Positions 50,914 to 53,018 of a DNA stretch of 53,018 nt are shown piece after piece. Both the position numbers and the translations under genes were made by a program. Source of the DNA: Octopus bimaculoides (taxonomy: Eukaryota); NCBI RefSeq assembly GCF_001194135.2, contig NC_069003.1, positions 27,730,202 through 27,783,219 on the forward strand. The letters run 5' to 3'. Every line of letters begins with the position of its first letter. Within the stretch, counting starts at the first letter, position 1. The notes beneath the pieces are model-generated. The model ran no database searches. It worked only from the letters and a program-made list of their open reading frames with translations, and was not told the DNA's origin.

Positions 50914-51474
50914 TATTTAATTTTAAAAAAACTATATTCTTCTGCCAAGTCTTCTCGAGCCAATGTGGCAGTGTGGGCTCATCAAACCATTATTGATCTC
51001 AAACTCAAATTAACATCAGACCGTGAAGACAACATGCTGAAGCTCTCGTCCTACAGTGGATTGAACATGAGCAATCCAGTCCAATCGATTATGTCTGACT
51101 TGAGGTTAAACAAAAACAACAACAACAACTACGAATTATAATGTTATATATAGAGGCAAAAAAGAAAAATCTTCTTATTCTCTCCTGTGAGTTCTGACAA
51201 CTGTCAAAGTCTGTCTGTTGAAATGTTTCTTAACAGACTTACTTGTTTGCTAGAAAACATCATTCATTTTCTAACGAATCAAGTCTCTTTATCTCAAACC
51301 ACATGGTCATTTTTGAGGTTTTTGTCAAGATCGCCTCTGATTAAGATCTATAAGTAGAAGTGTTTTAATTACTCTTTTACTTCTTTCAGTCATTTGACTG
51401 CGGCCATGCTGGAGTATCGCCTTTAGTCGAGCAAATCGACCCTGGGACTTATTCTTTGTAAGCCCTAGTACTTA

Positions 51475-51724
51475 CTTGCAGTAAGCAGAACTGGGAAAAA
51501 CATCGCAGATATGCGTGAAACTATGAGGGGAAATCGACGAATCCCCATCCGTGGGTTATCAGAGGATGTGGAGATGAGTTATGATTCAGTTCAGTCCATT
51601 ATCACTGAACATTTGGGTACGAGACGTGTGGCTGCGAAGTTTGTGCCAAAACTGCTTTCAGATGATCAAAAGACACTCGGGTTTCAGTTGCACAAGATCT
51701 CCTTGATTGTATTGAGAACTTTTA
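51475..51724 (+). mobile_element. Mariner transposase N-terminal fragment, cut by a gap
   Basis: NRRIPIRGLSEDVEMSYDSVQSIITEHLGTRRVAAKFVPKLLSDDQK: HTH plus the WVP-like linker of irritans-type mariners. Confidence 0.85.
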
Positions 51725-53018
51725 NNNNNNNNNNNNNNNNNNNNNNNNNNNNNNNNNNNNNNNNNNNNNNNNNNNNNNNNNNNNNNNNNNNNNNNNNNNN
51801 NNNNNNNNNNNNNNNNNNNNNNNNNNNNNNNNNNNNNNNNNNNNNNNNNNNNNNNNNNNNNNNNNNNNNNNNNNNNNNNNNNNNNNNNNNNNNNNNNNNN
51901 NNNNNNNNNNNNNNNNNNNNNNNNNNNNNNNNNNNNNNNNNNNNNNNNNNNNNNNNNNNNNNNNNNNNNNNNNNNNNNNNNNNNNNNNNNNNNNNNNNNN
52001 NNNNNNNNNNNNNNNNNNNNNNNNNNNNNNNNNNNNNNNNNNNNNNNNNNNNNNNNNNNNNNNNNNNNNNNNNNNNNNNNNNNNNNNNNNNNNNNNNNNN
52101 NNNNNNNNNNNNNNNNNNNNNNNNNNNNNNNNNNNNNNNNNNNNNNNNNNNNNNNNNNNNNNATATATATATATATATATATAATATATTTATATATATT
52201 ATATGCATTATATGTGCGTGTGTGCGCGTGCGCATACGCAGAAACTTTGTGACATGAAAGTCGTATGCACAAAATGAAATGAAACAGTGATAAAAACACC
52301 TTTATCTTCTTGCAAGAAAGTGCAGTTTAACGGTTAGATACAAATCTGGCGACACCACAGCGATCATATTGCAAATAAAGTCATCTCGAGGTTCGCTATT
52401 GATTTGCCGTCTGTCGCTCGCCCTCCCACCTCCCTTCTTCCTCTCTTTCCACCTAATTTGTCTGTCTGTCGCCTTCTTTCTACATACGTATGTGTGCGTG
52501 TATGTTTGTGCGTGTGTTTGCGTGTATAGTATTGATTCTATTTTTCTTTTGTTGCACATGCATAAAGTGTCAAATTTATGGTTATGTCGGGGAGTGGGAA
52601 CAGTAGAAGAATGCCGCGAAGAACATCCCCTTTTCACTGCAGATGCATTAGTGACTGACGTAAGAAGTGAATTAGTACTAAGTGGATTTCGAAACCAGGT
52701 CGCTGATTTCGGTTTCGCCGGCAATTTATCGTCACAAAGAGAGAGAGAAAGTGAAAATATATACATATATATATATATTTACATACCTATAGACACACAC
52801 ACTCATATATTATATGTATATATACACACACACATATATATATGTGCATGCATACACATATATACATAGATACACAGGCACCCACACACACATATACACC
52901 AGTTGAAAAGGGCATTCATTACATCCAGTAGGAGTTAATATGAATTATTTAAAACAGTTTGATATGGTTCTCTCTCTCTCTCTCTCTCTCTCTCTCCTTC
53001 GATATATATATATATATA

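Overview
AT-rich eukaryotic draft-assembly DNA with ten N-gaps, mostly bordered by (TA)n or SINEs. I find no supportable host protein-coding exon, rRNA, true tRNA or CRISPR array. Almost all entries in the ORF track are translations of microsatellites or N-runs. The repeat landscape suggests an octopod cephalopod such as Octopus; this is inference, not a database result. Contents: (1) four tRNA-derived SINE families (labelled A-D here), often nested, chimeric or in tandem arrays; (2) five fragments of RLE-type (R4/Dong-like) non-LTR retrotransposons, two of them bounded by (TAA)n; (3) a decayed Penelope-like element with RT and GIY-YIG remnants (~11430-12990); (4) a CR1-group LINE 3' end; (5) mariner, maT and Tc2/pogo-like DNA transposon relics, hAT-type MITEs and a 186-bp palindrome; (6) many micro- and minisatellites. 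The most interesting signal is a dispersed set of short elements carrying type I hammerhead-ribozyme motifs, best preserved at 977-1046 and 48887-48922 (both minus strand). One is a cleanly delimited 194-bp insert in a (TA)n tract, and a Penelope relic lies in the same window, suggesting a retrozyme-like non-autonomous PLE system. Hammerheads in Penelope-like elements are known in general; whether these families are described cannot be checked here.
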